From positions 9,931,205 through 9,995,204 of the forward strand of contig CM119270.1 in NCBI GenBank assembly GCA_051294375.1: a stretch of 64,000 nt of DNA, written 5' to 3'. This document shows positions 37,625-51,066 of the stretch, one piece after another (positions within the stretch are counted from its first letter, which is position 1; each line of letters starts with the position of its first letter). The notes under the pieces are model-generated. The model made no database searches. It saw nothing but the letters and a program-made list of their open reading frames with translations, and had not been told where the DNA came from. This DNA comes from Paraspadella gotoi (taxonomy: Eukaryota; Animalia; Chaetognatha). Position numbers and translations under genes: made by a program.

Positions 37625-40600
37625 TTACCATGAAAAATCGTTTTTAGTTTCTTCTTAATTAAGAATGATATCGTATTTGGAATGATCGTCGTAAAAGAAA
37701 TCATGTCTTACTGTATATTGAAAGCATAGAAATTCACCCAGAGACTTCTATGTTATAAAGAGAAGATAACTATAACCAACCGTTTTTTTAAATAAAGGGT
37801 GTTTCATATTTATCAGTGGGAAAAAAAGAAATAATAGTTAGTAAAGTTCCAAATTCATTGTTGAAAATACCCAAATAGAAATCACTGCCCTAGATTTTCT
37901 GATATTTTCTTTTTTGCGTAGCCACTACCCACAGACATTTCGACATGAAGCCATATAAACAATTCTGAGACTATAAAGTTTTTTGTGAACTTAAATTTTT
38001 TCAATTCATAAATAAATAACTTATGACACAATGAAAAATAACGTGGCGAAACGGTCTCGTGCTGATTTTGTCCCTTTAAAATTGTTTCTGAGCCAAATTA
38101 ATTGATCATTACTTTTGGTAATATGTGCGATATACACTACTGGACATTACTGTATCTGACCATAACCCTTGACCATCAACAAAAAAGCTAACAAGATCAA
38201 AAATAGTAAAAAAGATGATGCAATATAGCTCGAAACGCTTACAAAATTTTAGACCATTGCTTTTATAAATGCAAAAAAAATATTAATATTATTAAAACAA
38301 AACTTTAACGATAACCTAATAGTTAACCGAGACCAAGATGAATATTTTTTTACCCATCATTTCCTCAATTTATATGAATCATTTGTTTGTAATTAGCACA
38401 TTAATCTAAATAACAATATGACAAATTCATTTTCAATTTTCTTTATGAATGGGAAGTTTTCTCTGCTTACTCCCCTTGTGTCTAATTATTTAATATTTTA
38501 AAGGTATTTTCAAAAACCTTATATAATTACTATATTTTTCACTTTTTTTCAATTCTTTCAAACAAAAACAAATCATAAAAACATTTTACATTAATAAAAA
38601 ATTGATTGAATGATTTTGGAAAAAAATATTTTGAAACTTGAGAATAATGGATTATGAGTCAGGAAAAAAATTTTGCAATTCTAAAAAAATCAGCCTCTAG
38701 CCTTTCAATTTTTCTAAAGGCTGTTTTTTTTATTTTTTTGATATTTTGATTTTCTATGCAAAACCATTATTCTCAATGAGCATAGGTCGGACGAAATTTT
38801 TTCCCAACAATTTGAAAAAATTTCAACTTTTCTAATTAGGCTTTTTGGGGGAAATAAAAAATAAATTATTATATGATGGGTACATCTGAAAGTGATATGT
38901 CTCTATATGACAAAAAAATTTTTTCAAGTTTATTTTTGAAATTTAAGTATTGTACCAATAGAAATAAGTGAGATACTCCTGCTTTGCCAAAATTTTTATT
39001 TAACAAAGATTTGTACTGCGTAATTTAAAAAAAGTTATTTTTTTAAATAACTTTTGAAAGAAAAGAAGTAGCAAGGTGGATGTGGTATCAAATTAAAGCC
39101 CTAATCATGGGACACCTTTCTAAAGAGTTTTATTAAATTAAATCCATAAACTTTACACAGCTTTTGTTTAAATCAGAGTTAAAAGTATAACAGTTTTTTG
39201 CTTTAAAAATTTCAATGAAGGCATATGAAATTTTTTTCTTTTCTTTTTATAATTTGAAAAATTACATTTTGTTTATTATTAATTTTTTTTATTCCATAAA
39301 ATTAGTTATATTTTTCAGTTAAAGTAAAAAAACAAGCAAAAATTTATGTTATAGCTTGATAAAATGTATTTTTAAATATTAAAAATAATAAATACAAAAA
39401 TGTTTTCAGCTTGATATAAACAGTCTGGACATCTACCTTCTTGTCTGTGAAAAAAAAATTGTCATTTTTCATTATCTTTAACTGCAAACTAAAAGCTTGA
39501 CACCACTGCTTGTTTATCATAATAAAGTTGTAAAAAATTATATAGCTGGTAACATATTTGACAAAGCAAAACATTATTGTGTTAAATTGTATTGATAATT
39601 TTTTTTTTAAATATAGCAAGGAATTTAATTCTATTATTTATCATCCATTTTAATTAAGAAAAAATATTTCTCGTAATAGCCCATTGGAAAGGGTTCATTG
39701 ACTGACTTAATGATAAAATTTTTTAGATTTCTTTACTGCCCCCATTTCACAAGATATAAAAGGTCATGGTTATCATGTCAATAAGTCCAGATTATCTGTA
39801 CCCTTTCTGCAACCTGCATTCCAAATTTTATTTTTTTCCCTTTCAAATGTATTAAATAAAAAAATTATTTGAGAGAACAATCGGCATGGAGGATGCCATT
39901 GGTAAGCCTTAGTTACCCCACTTCCCGATCAAATTTTTAAATGAGGTTTTTTTTCGCTCTATTTGAGACATAACACCAACTATTAGTACTATTATTTTTT
40001 TTCTATTACAATTCTATGAATAAATATGAATAAGTAACTTTTTTTAAAAATTTATTATCTTTCACCCTATATTCAGTCATATCTAAAAAACAAAAAAAGA
40101 TTTTGCATTGATATTTTGGATATCAACATATGAAACTATAACGTTTCAAAAAATAAAAAGAATATAATAATATTGAACAGTGAATTTTTTTTATGCACGG
40201 AACAGTAACGTTACGCCATTTTTCATTGTTTCTTATTGACAAAATTCTCCAAAAACTGATGCTAAAAATTAAAATTAAAGACCTTTTAAGGAAATATTTT
40301 TAAAAGAGAGAAAAAATACGTCAACTCAAGACCTAAAACGTTTCGCATATCTCCCGCATCATGTTTTTTCAAGAGTTTCTTTCCTAATTTTCCATCGCCG
40401 AAAGAAATCACAAATTAGATTTATATTTGATGAACAGCAAAAAAGTTTGGGAAAAAGAAAAAAAGACTTAGTGGAAAAAGTAATGAATAAAAAAGTCTGA
40501 ACGAATAAAAGGAAAAAAATTTCTGACCTCAAAATACATTTTTAAGTGAAAAACTACGAGCATAAAAAAAAAAAGAAAAGAAAAAAACATGAATAATTTC

Positions 40601-41124
40601 TTTAAACATTAATTAGACGTTCTTATCCCATCTCCGGTTTTGCATATCATCATTCAAATTATTTTCGCTTCACGCTTGAGTTGGATTCCACAAATAGTTG
40701 CCACAGGAAGACCCTATTCAGGCCCATCCAAAGTTTAAACCGTTTATTCTAATCAAATATTGTTAAATATAATTATATTTTAAAAGGATTTTGACATTCT
40801 TTCCTCTCTCGTTTCTCAGATTCTTCTCAGAACAAAGAAATGTTTCGCATTTCAAATTCAAATCTGAAAAAAAATGTTTGTCGTTCGTCTTAATTAAAAA
40901 AAAGATTGTGACTCAGAATCTAAACTTCGTTTCTGTGACGGGGACCTGTCACTTCTCTACGATTTCACCCCCTCCATCCCCCACCCCCCCTTTCGTGTTA
41001 CACATCATCTCCTCCGGCGATTCGAAGTTGTCTCTCGATGCGTGAGAAATGTTAACGACAACGAATTTCGAGTTTATGTACCATCGAAAAATATTACTAC
41101 TATACTAGTAACGTAGAATATCAT

Positions 41125-41158
41125 CATTTTCATCCTCATCATCAATCATCCATCATCA

Positions 41159-41235
<77 letters not shown>
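41125..41235. repeat. (CAT)n microsatellite
   Basis: Direct reading; other long SSRs are (GA)n at ~18003-18123 and ~28148-28229. Confidence 0.95.
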
Positions 41236-41302
41236 GCCGAGTCCTGAAAAATAGGGATGGCTTCGGTCAGCAGTACTAGCCCTAAAAAAACCTTTTCCTC
41301 AC

Positions 41303-41513
41303 CTTGGCGGCGACCAAAAGCACGACGAAGAGAAGGTGGAAGGCGCCGGCGCCGCAGGGCAGCGCTGCCGCGACGACGGCGTCGTGGAGCCACGCCGGAA
41401 ATCGATTTTCGGCGTTGTAGGCGTCTATGTAGAGAGACGCCGACCGCGCCGCCGAGAGGAGGAGGAGGAAGAGGTGGGAGAAGACGAGACAGATGCGGCC
41501 GGCGAATGGGTGA
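41303..41513 (-). CDS. PRRT3/4-like exon 2 (TM2-TM3)
   Basis: cacag|t HPFAGRICLVFSHLFLLLLSAARSASLYIDAYNAENRFPAWLHDAVVAAALPCGAGAFHLLFVVLLVAAK|gtgagg. Confidence 0.88.
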
Positions 41514-44087
41514 CTGTGGTGGATGGGAGTGTGGGGAAGAGTGGGGAATGCGTGGGGAAGAGTGGGGAATGTGTAAGGCGGATTAAGATGTGGGCAGGGT
41601 GGGAAGGATGTGGAAAAAAAAGGAAAAATGTGGGATGATTGAAAAGGCGGCTCTCTAACAGCGTACTTTAACATCAAGAAAAAACTATTGAGTGAAATAA
41701 TCACGAAAAAAAGGACAAAAAATAAATAATTGAACAAAAGTAAAGAAAAAAAGCAAACATCGACCCAACAGCTGCACATCCGAATCATTAGAATTCTTTC
41801 CTTCGGTTTAATCGTCTGCTGTTCATCTCTTCATCTCCACCTGTCGAGTGACGATCGATCTGTCCATGTCAAACCTTTGACCCCTAGAGCAATTTTTCAA
41901 AAGCTTCTCGAAGAGTTTTTAACCATAAAAAAAACTAGAAGCAACAATCCAGTCTTAATAAATAAATAAATTAATAGATCTCTATTTTGTTAAATAAAAT
42001 AGTGAAATAATAATACCGTGTACCTTTTTAAATGTACAATCCTACATTTTTTTTAATTATACCTCAGTACAATAATAAATGAAATAACAGACTGATCGAA
42101 AATTATTTTTTGAGTCAGGTAAAAGACGTGATTACTGATTGTAATTATAAAGCTCTAGCGTATTGAACTTGAATATACATTAAAGAAAGTTTTTCCCCCA
42201 GGAGTCTGAAATCGAAGTCTCCAAGATTTCTTTCAAGTCTCAATCAGAGCGCGATTAGTAATTAAAACCTTTTTCGATCTTCTTACTAGATCTCCTACCG
42301 CCTAGTAAGCAGGTAAGGAATGAAGAATCAAGATGCTTTAAAGAGTAAGAACTGTTTTGGTTGTATATTAAAACATTTGTATCAATTGTCCTATTGTTCT
42401 ATTATTTTTAATTTTCTTAAATTCTGTTGTAGCATTTAGTATCGGCAGCGTTTGCTTCCTGGTCGATGTACTATTGATGTGTCGTTTGATGTTATTGCTT
42501 TGCCAGTTACGTTTTCGTTGGCGTCATCATCGTTTACGTCGTCCTCTTCAAGATATCCGTCATTCTAATAACTGTCAAAAACCATTTTTCCAACAATACG
42601 GAACACTTCAACGGGTGACGAGGTAAGCTGAAGGTAAGGAAGAAAGAAGTAAAAACAAAAGCGTTACAATATCGTCGCAAACGCTAAGCGATTGCGACGA
42701 TAAAAATGACTCAAAGAAACACACGAGTAAGTAATAGGTAGGTGATAGGTAAGGTAAGTTCGACTCTGGCGGTTGGCGTTTATTGGACGGGACTGGTTGT
42801 CGCTGTCGATTGGTAAATTCAAATCATTTTGGATGAAAGAGGTCATAGGTGATTGAAGACTACTAATGTCTACTAATTATCTGCAGTCGAGAGAAACAAT
42901 TTTTACCTTAATCAGCTCTCATTTGCAAAGTCTGACTTGGTTCGATTTAATTGGCTTCAACTCAGATACTGGGCGTACCTTTCTCTGCCCCCAAGCGGCG
43001 ATAAGCGCGGGCCCCCGGGGCGTTTGCTCCAAACCCGTGGTAGTGGTGGCCTTTTTTGGTAGTTGTTTTTCGTGTGATGAAAGCTTTAAGAGTAAGCTAA
43101 AGAAGTGTAAATGGTGGAGTGATTGATCGCTATATCGAGGATCGATACTTAAACTTGAAGAAGCTTCTTGACGGAGAGTTGGTGTAGTACATGAAGTTTA
43201 AGAGGAAAGTTCGATATAAGGAAATGTAGGGCGCGAGCGAGAGAGATCTGGCGCGGGGGATCTCGTTTTTATTGTCGATCGAAAGCCCACAAATCTTTTG
43301 ACAAAAAGACCGAATAAGATCAGATTCACAATCGATCTTGACTCCACCTCGTGTGCTAGTTAAGTATCCCTTTAATTAAATATCCTAATTTAATTATACC
43401 ATCTTTTACTTAATTTAAACTACATCGACCTATATGTGACAGCAAATATTTGCATGCATGTAAATTCAACACATAGTTAAATGATTAATCATATATACAT
43501 ATGTTAATGATATATCATAAACGAGGAGAAAAAAAGAAATTAGGTCACCAATAATGATCATCCTCAGATTAATCGAGTCAAGCCGCTTTGCTGTTTGCAT
43601 TAAAGAAAAAAGGCCGATCGACGCATCCACTCACGATCGAAATATTTGGAAACGACAAAAGAGGCTTTTAACCTAAAAAAGTGGAAAAGGCCAAGGTGAA
43701 GACTGAAGACCCTTTCACTGACTCTGAGCCCGAGGAGGCGCGGGATCAAAGGCAAGTGACCGATAAAAAGGGGGGAGGCGACAAAAGGCGAACGACTAGA
43801 TCGTCAAGTCAACAAACGTCGACAGATATCAACAAATGTCAACAGATGCGAGTAGATTCGATAATCGACGAAACCACGTTTATTTTGTCTTTAGGGATTC
43901 AGCGCTCAGCAGTGTTAAAGGCCTAGAGATGAAGAAATAAAACTATCAATCAATCAATTTATGATTTAATAGATCATTGAATTAAATAGAAATATTACTA
44001 AATCAAGGGATTGTTTACTAAATAAATGGTTATTTACTAAATGAATGGACTATTTACTAAATGAATGGACTATTGACTAAATTAAAA

Positions 44088-44127
<40 letters not shown>

Positions 44128-44149
44128 TATCAATCTATCAATAAATCAC

Positions 44150-44388
44150 CTGAAGCACAGCCGTATGACGCTAAAAAGAGCCATGAGGCCGACGAAGGCG
44201 AAGGCGGCGACGCCGGCCCATCGATGAGCCGTCCAGGCGACGCCGAGTTGGTCGATGGCGGCGTCGAAATCCGGCGTCGGATCGGGAATCGGAAGTCCGA
44301 ATAGCGACGTCGGCGGCGTGCCGGCGTTGAGCGACGTCGTGGGTGGCGTGGTCGCCGGTGGAGGCGGCGTCGCGCCGCTGGACGTCAT
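44150..44388 (-). CDS. PRRT3/4-like exon 1 (Pro/Thr-rich stalk, TM1)
   Basis: MTSSGATPPPPATTPP...PIPDPTPDFDAAIDQLGVAWTAHRWAGVAAFAFVGLMALFSVIRLCF; donor ag|gtgatt; upstream acceptor at 44414. Confidence 0.85.
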
Positions 44389-45235
44389 GGTTGAGTTCGA
44401 CCCCAAAAAATTATCTGGAGGAGAAAGAGAAAGAGGAGAAGTCAAGTGGCGAGGATAAAATTAAAGGAAGTCTGACCTCGGGTCGGCTTATTTTTTTTTT
44501 AAGTTTTATTGTCGGTCGTCGTCGTCGTCGTTCTTGTTCGTTTTTGACAATTTATTCACGGGTACATAAAACACTTCAACAAAAAAATAGTTTTTGAAAC
44601 GTAAAGTTTTGAGGAACTTGAAGTGTAAAAACAAGGAATTTAAAATGAAAAAACCGTTTCGAGTTTTTAATCGGCAATTCTCCGCTACAGGAATTCGCGG
44701 GCGCCGCGATATCAAACTGAGAATTACAAAAAAAGATTTATTTCGGTTTTCGTTCGTTTGAAGGAGAAAAAAATCGCGGGATTTATAGATATTTGATGTC
44801 GTTGATCTCTTATAAATATATCCGGTGTTTACGGCTCGAGGACAGAAACGTGTGGAATCTGTAGATTTATCGCGAGGGTGGCTAAAATAGATGATCTAAA
44901 TAAGATATAGGTTTGCTGTAGCTTGTCTGTAGGTTTAATCGCTTTTTAATGTGCGAATGTACATCGAATTTATTTATTGAGGTAGACGTTTACGACAGAA
45001 AAAGTGCAAAGATTTAAATTTTTCCCCTTCCTTTTTAAAATATTTATGGGCGAAAAAATCTCTAATTAGTTTAACACCTGGGGCAAAAAAACCTAGTTAC
45101 CAAGTATTTGTAAATAAAGTGTATTAATATTAAAATAGCTCGAAATAATTATAAAAACATTATTAGTGTCCTGTTCTTAGATAAAAATGAATATGAATGC
45201 AGATGCTTGAAGGCGTATTCATCTTTTTTAAGGAA

Positions 45236-46256
45236 AACAAGTTTGAGCAAACAATGTCGGATCTGCCTACGAAAACTAATTAATTAATTAATCGATTAAT
45301 TAATTAATTAATTAATTTTAATATTTAATATTTAATAATTAATTATAAATTTATATACAGCTTAACATATCGATGTCCTTAAAATAAAGTAAATGTGACT
45401 TATATTTTTTCAATTTAAACTCATTTCCACTGGCAACATTTCGTCAAAACTTTACATCTAGCTTCTTTCACAAACTTTCCTTCCCGCTCACAAAATTTTA
45501 TCTCAATCTATTATGGATTAAAATAAGTAAAAAGAGTCAAGTAAATATGACTCTATTTTTTTCATTTAAACTCATTTCCACTCAGCCAATCACGAGTTAT
45601 TGGGGCTTTTTGCTAAGGTAGGACAGATGGACGGATTGATTGACTGATTAATAAATTAGTGATTAATTAATTTACTAATTGATTAATTAACTGATTAATT
45701 ATTTGATTTTTAATACATCCTGCATATACATTTAATATAAAAGGAAAAAAATCATAATCAATTAGTGAAACAGGTTTTTTGTTTTTTTTTAATTTAAACT
45801 CATTTCCACTCAAACTATTCCATCGAAACTTGATTTCCTGTTCAATCACACACTTTCCTATTCACATACAAAATTCCAGGTAATCAGCCCATCCACTCAT
45901 GAGCAATTGGTGTTCAAATAGTGAATATATTTTTTTGTTTTTTCCATTTAAACTCATTTCCACATGGACGATTCCATCGAAACTTCATACCAGCTCAATC
46001 ACACACTTACCTATCCACACACAAAATTTTATTCAAATCCATCCATCCATCACGAGTAATTGGTGTTTTTTGCTAAGGTGGCACGGACGGACGGACAGAC
46101 GGACGGACGGACGGACATCATTTTTTTTGCATAATTTATCATAATTCGATGTTCTGACATGATATAAGTTAGTGCCCGACAATATTGAGGGGGCGGACCG
46201 ACGGACCGACAAAGTGAATTATAGAGTCGGGATCTGCTGATAAGCAGATCCAACTA
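45236..46256 (-). mobile_element. HINE/DINE-1-like element (subfamily without 18-bp array)
   Basis: Same termini; internal ~130-150-bp subrepeats (aaactcatttccac...). Confidence 0.82.
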
Positions 46257-47258
46257 AAAAAAAGAGAAAATTCTTCAGTGTCCGATGTTACTGTCAAAAC
46301 TTATTTTGTCTTTCGCGGGAGATTTTTTTTTTTTAAGGAAAAACCTTCACAAAAACAGATTCACGTTTCGAAAAAAAAAAGTTAGGAATTGGCGGCGATG
46401 GTTTCGAACCTCTCATCCCCGGGGGTGTGGAGGAGGAGGAGGAGGAGGGGGAAGTTGAGGTTGAGCCTGGTCCGAGAGTCAGAAAAGTTAAAGACGTGAA
46501 AAGTGTCCGTGGTCGAACCGCGCATCTGATTAAATCAAGAGAAGCGAAGATGACCGATCCGTGATTTGGTAATCGAGTCGTTGATGTGTTGGTAAGAAAA
46601 TAAAAGATTTGGTGCTAAGAATTGAGGGATCGGGTGATGCTGGAGATCCGATAAGGATATATCGACGATAACCAATTAAAAGGACGGGTTCATGATGAAA
46701 TGTTAACTTGCATCGAAAGAAAGAAATCATTGTTGTGGTGATCGACAACTTGGTGATTGGTGAATCGGTGATACGGTGATCCGGTGATTCGGCCCATCCC
46801 TTATATCCGGGATCTTTCAAGGGCCAAACAAATTCGCGAGCCGTGAGTGAGTCACCCGTGAATCGATAGAGATACCGGAGGAGGAGGACGAGACCGGTTG
46901 GGCTTTTTTTATTCTTTTGGTCGTCGTCGTCTTCTTTGGCTTCGTCTTCATCGTCGTCGTCGTTTTCGTTGTCAGCGTCATCGTCCGTTTGGCGGTTGAA
47001 AAGTGGCCGAGCGAGTCTCCCCGAAAGGTTGATGCATTTAAAGTTTATTTTAAAAAAATAATTTTTTGAAATCGGAGAATGAATCGAAATTATGCGAATT
47101 TAACCGAAGAGGTCATAGAAAGTTCGATGAAATGATACTTTTTTATTAGGATCCGAATTTTTTTGGGAGAGAAAGTTGTTTTCCTCTTCCTTCTAATTAC
47201 GCGAACTCAAATTTGATACGAAATAAGAATTTTTATTTTACGATTTTGTTTCTTTTTT

Positions 47259-48321
47259 TAGTCGGACCTGCTTATCAGCAGATCCCGACTCTATAATTCA
47301 CTTTGTCGGTCCGTCGGTCCGCCCCCTCAATATTGTCGGGCACTAGCTTATATCATGTCAGAACATCGAATTATGATAAATTATGCAAAAAAAATTATGT
47401 CCGTCCGTCTGTCCGTCCGTCCGTCCGTCCGTCCGTCCGTCCGTCCGTCCGTCCGTCCGTCCGTCCGTCCGTCCGTCCGTCCGTCCGTCCCACCTTAGCA
47501 AAAAACACCAATTACTCGTGATTGGATGGATGGATTTGAATGAAATTTTGTGTGTGGGTAGGGAAGTGTGTGATTGAGCTGGATATAAAGTTTCCATGGA
47601 ATCGTCTCAGTGGAAATAAGCTTAAATGGAAAAAACAAAAAAATATAGTTCACTATTTGAACACCAATTGCTCATGAGTGTCAATCAATCCATCCATCCG
47701 TCCCACCTTAGCAAAAAGCCCCAATAACTCATGATTGGCTGGTTGGATCGGAATAAAATTTTATGTATGCGTAGGAACATGTGTGATGAAGCTGGATATA
47801 AAGTTTTGACGGAATCATGTGAGTGGATATGAGTTTAAATGGAAAAAACAAAAAAACAAAAAGGCGTTTACTAAAATCTTTTTACTTATTTTAACCAATA
47901 ATTGGATGAATAGATTGAGTTCAAATTTTGTGTGTGGGTAGGAAAATGTGTGATGAAGCTTGATATAAAGTTTCGGTATGAGTGGAAATGAGTTTAAATG
48001 AAAAAAATATGAGTCACATTTAGTTGACTCTTTTTACTTATTTCAACCCATAATAGATTGAGATGAAATTTTGTTAGCGGGAAGGAAAGTTTGTGAAGAA
48101 GTTAGATATAAAGTTTTGACGGAATTGTGCCAGTGGAAATGAGTTTAAATGGAAAAAATATAAGTCACATTTACTTTATTTTAAGGACATCTATGATGAT
48201 AAGCTGTATATAAAATAATAATTAATTATTAAATATTAAAATTAATTAATTAATTAATCGATTAATTAATTAATTAATTAATTTTCGTAGGCAGATCCGA
48301 CATTGTTTGCTCAAACTTGTT
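47259..48321 (+). mobile_element. HINE/DINE-1-like element with expanded (GTCC)n
   Basis: Same termini; (GTCC)n at ~47400-47490. Confidence 0.82.
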
Positions 48322-49441
48322 TTTTTTTTATTGTTTTTGAGCTGAAGAAAATGATGATGAATCGAGAAAAAATGTAGTTGAACAGAAGAAACCAGTTTTT
48401 GATTTTCGCTGTCTTTAAAACGAAATTGCGTCAGGTGACCGGGTTTTGTGTTTTGACTTCGTTAGGGGGTGTCAAGAGAATTTTGACCCAGGTCATGGTT
48501 ATGAAGCTTGGAGATGATGAGATGGTGAGATGGAAAATATAAGGTTTTAGTTTAGGTTATAAAACTACTAAACGATAAAAATAATCTACTTAGACTTCTG
48601 AACATAGAACTGATTCTTCCTAAATCAGACACAAATTTACTAAATTTGCTGAATATTTCGATTAACGAATCTTCTTTGTGATAAAACGGAGATAGATGCA
48701 AAACCTCACGATCTTCGTCGATCAAATGTCACTCCCTTCCTTTCAGGGGGCGTCATGGAATTTCGTCGTCGCCCACATTTTTTTGTCCTTCATTCGGAGG
48801 CGGAATAAGTTTGATATTGAAAAGACAATGAGATAAAAGTCGCGAAACACTTTTCTTCTTTTTTATAATCGGGAAGTTTTGAATTTCCGGGAAGTGAGAA
48901 ATAAGAAATCCGCTCCATCTGTTATCTTTATTAACAATTTATTAAAAACGGAATCAGTTTCATCGGCTAATCGGTTTATCAATTTTTATTCGGGGGAGGA
49001 GGTTGGGGGGGCAGGTGGAGGGTGTTTGGGGGGGTAGGCGGAGATTGGGGGGGTGGTAGGAAGGGGTTGGGGCGGCTGGGGGTGGAGGTTGTGGCGGTGG
49101 GAGGAGGTAGGAGGGAGGTAAAGAAGAATGTTGAGCGTCTCGTGTTTCTCATTAAAATTTTTCTTCGTTCTGGTTCCAAGGAAAAAAAACTTTGTAAGCA
49201 ACAGATTAAGTTTCCCCTTTTATTTTTGTTTTTTAAAAAAATGGTCTTATGACGACAACGACGACGACGACGACGACTTCGACAAGGATGGCATCGTAGA
49301 ATGAAGAGAGCAGTATCCATCAGAAGATAACTTAATTTATGTAAGTTTTTAGTTTTTTATGTTCGGATTTAGGATTAGGTGAGGGTTAGTGGTTACTAAC
49401 TGGTGAGGGTTGGGGATTGATTTATAGGTTCGGCTACAGAC

Positions 49442-49540
49442 TGAAGAGACAGTAATTATTGTTATGTGACAGAACCGTTCAATATAAGAAGTCACTGAGC
49501 TTCGGATCAGGCTGTAACACCGAGCTACAGGCGGGTTAAG
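49442..49540 (-). mobile_element. Family 1 fragment: 3' half of twister plus tail
   Basis: CTTAACCCGCCTGTAGCTCGGTGTTACAGCCTGATCCGAAGCTCAG...ATTACTGTCTCTTCA. Confidence 0.85.
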
Positions 49541-50549
49541 GTCCGGGATCACTAAATTCAAATTATAATTAGGCTAAAACCGACCTCGGATTTCGAAAGG
49601 ATAGCTCCTGACGATTCCGAAAATGTATTCACTTTACTATTTTTTCAAAGGCGTCATCGTTTTTTCGATTTTTTTGGTACTATATAAAATAAAAGAAACC
49701 TATTTGAAGAGTTGCAGCCCAAACGGTAAGGCGGTTTCTCATGAAATTTGACATGAATTACCTTTAGGTCACGAACTCCAATTCTATGAAAAGATACTTT
49801 CAAAATTTGCCTTCCTTCATAGAAAATTTGATTATTTTAGTCAATTTTTGGGATTAATTCCTTGATATTTTTGAAACAAAAAACATTTTTCCAAAAACGC
49901 GCTCATAGAATCTCCCCCACCTTTCTTTTCTTGCCCAAGATATTTTTTTCTTCAAGAAGAGTCCAGCGGTTTGAGCTGCAACTTCGTCAAGAAAATTAAA
50001 TTCTGTACTCATTATTTTTGCAAGATTCACCACAACATACACAAGCACGGGATGTGATGATGGAGTTCGTTCAACGCCGATGTCTTAAAAAAATGGCTTA
50101 CTGTTTTTAATTTTATTAATTCAGATTTGATTTTTTTTCAGAGATGATATAAACATTTACATAAAGTAAAAAGTCAAATGGAAATAAATTTGATAAGTTT
50201 TTTAACTCATAAAATTCATAAAAGCATTTAAGACTTATTAGTGATACAACTCCAAGTATGTACTTGTACCAAAAGAAGAATTAAAAATAAGAAGTAGAAA
50301 TTGAGCTTACTGTAAAGAATAAGTTTTAAGTTAAAAATTTGGTAGTAGAAATTTAGTTTATATTTAAAAAATCTTTTTCTCTTGAAAATTTAGTTTTACC
50401 GAAGAAAAAATTTTGTTTAAAATTTTATGAACATTTTAGGTAGATTTTTAAAAGTTTTTGATTATTTTCTAATAGAAAACCTCTTATAAGATGTGAGAAA
50501 ATGATTAAGATACAGTAAATAAATATTTCTACAATTTTAGGTTGAGTGA

Positions 50550-51066
50550 TCCCTCTTAACTGCTAGGCAACTACCGGGCTAGAACCCCGGACCTTTGAGT
50601 TGGGAGGCGAATGACTTGCCTTCGGCACCAATAGCCGCTGATGAATGGTTTAGTCCACCATACATCCCCCCCTCCCGTAGGGAGAAGTCTGTTGCATCTC
50701 TTCAGTGAATTGTTGTTGTTGGTAAAAAGTTCATCACCAAGTTGAGGCATGTCGCCTGATGTGTTGTTGGCGGAAAGTGCATCGACAGGTTGAGGCATGT
50801 CGCCTGAAAGCGTCGTTGTTGCTCTTGTATTCGGAAGTCGAGCTCACCAATGAAGAGACAGTAATTATTGTTATGTGTTAATGACAGAACTGTTCAATAT
50901 AAACGGTCCCTGAGCTTCGGAACAGGCTGTAACACCGAGTTACAGGCGGGTTAAGCGCCCCGTTCCTCTTAACTGCTAGGCGACCACCAGGCTAGAACCC
51001 CGGACCTTTGGGTTAGGAGGCGAATGACTTGCCTGATGAATAGTTGGTGGATTTTAGTCCACCATA
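50550..51066 (-). mobile_element. Twister-retrozyme-like family 1, ~1.3-unit copy (head - twister - tail - spacer - head)
   Basis: Unit period 404 nt here (TATGGTGGAC at 51066 and again at 50662); block order is a circular permutation of 543-986. Confidence 0.88.
50903..50976 (-). ncRNA. Type-P5 twister ribozyme fold, family 1
   Basis: GCAGTT-AA-GAGG-AACGG-GGCGCT-T^AA-CCC-GCC-TGTAAC-TCGGT-GTTACA-G-CCTGT-TCCGAAGC-TCAGG-GACCGT; presumed catalytic G is A in this copy; predicted cleavage 50953/50952. Confidence 0.72.

Larger units (their letters stand above)
12823..44388 (-). other. Gene span: PRRT3/PRRT4-like multipass membrane protein, 13 predicted coding exons, ~754 aa
   Basis: Exons 44388-44150, 41513-41303, 28365-28243, 24649-24530, 24210-24115, 18438-18270, 17575-17305, 16919-16820, 15632-15358, 15296-15163, 14165-14027, 13628-13384, 12965-12823 all join in phase with GT-AG introns (2265 nt). 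Motifs PDF..A...G.AW.AH, R...L.IDAY, LPC...AF, HF, WW.F....R.LE and FRPPS resemble the PRRT3/4 family as I recall it. The N-terminus may extend upstream. Confidence 0.8.

Noticed and set aside
49441-49476. CTGAAGA / CTGATGA hammerhead-core-like words (also ~51033 and ~50638)
   Set aside because: No stem II followed by GAAA and no stem III/UH; they lie antisense to the twister strand or at deletion junctions.
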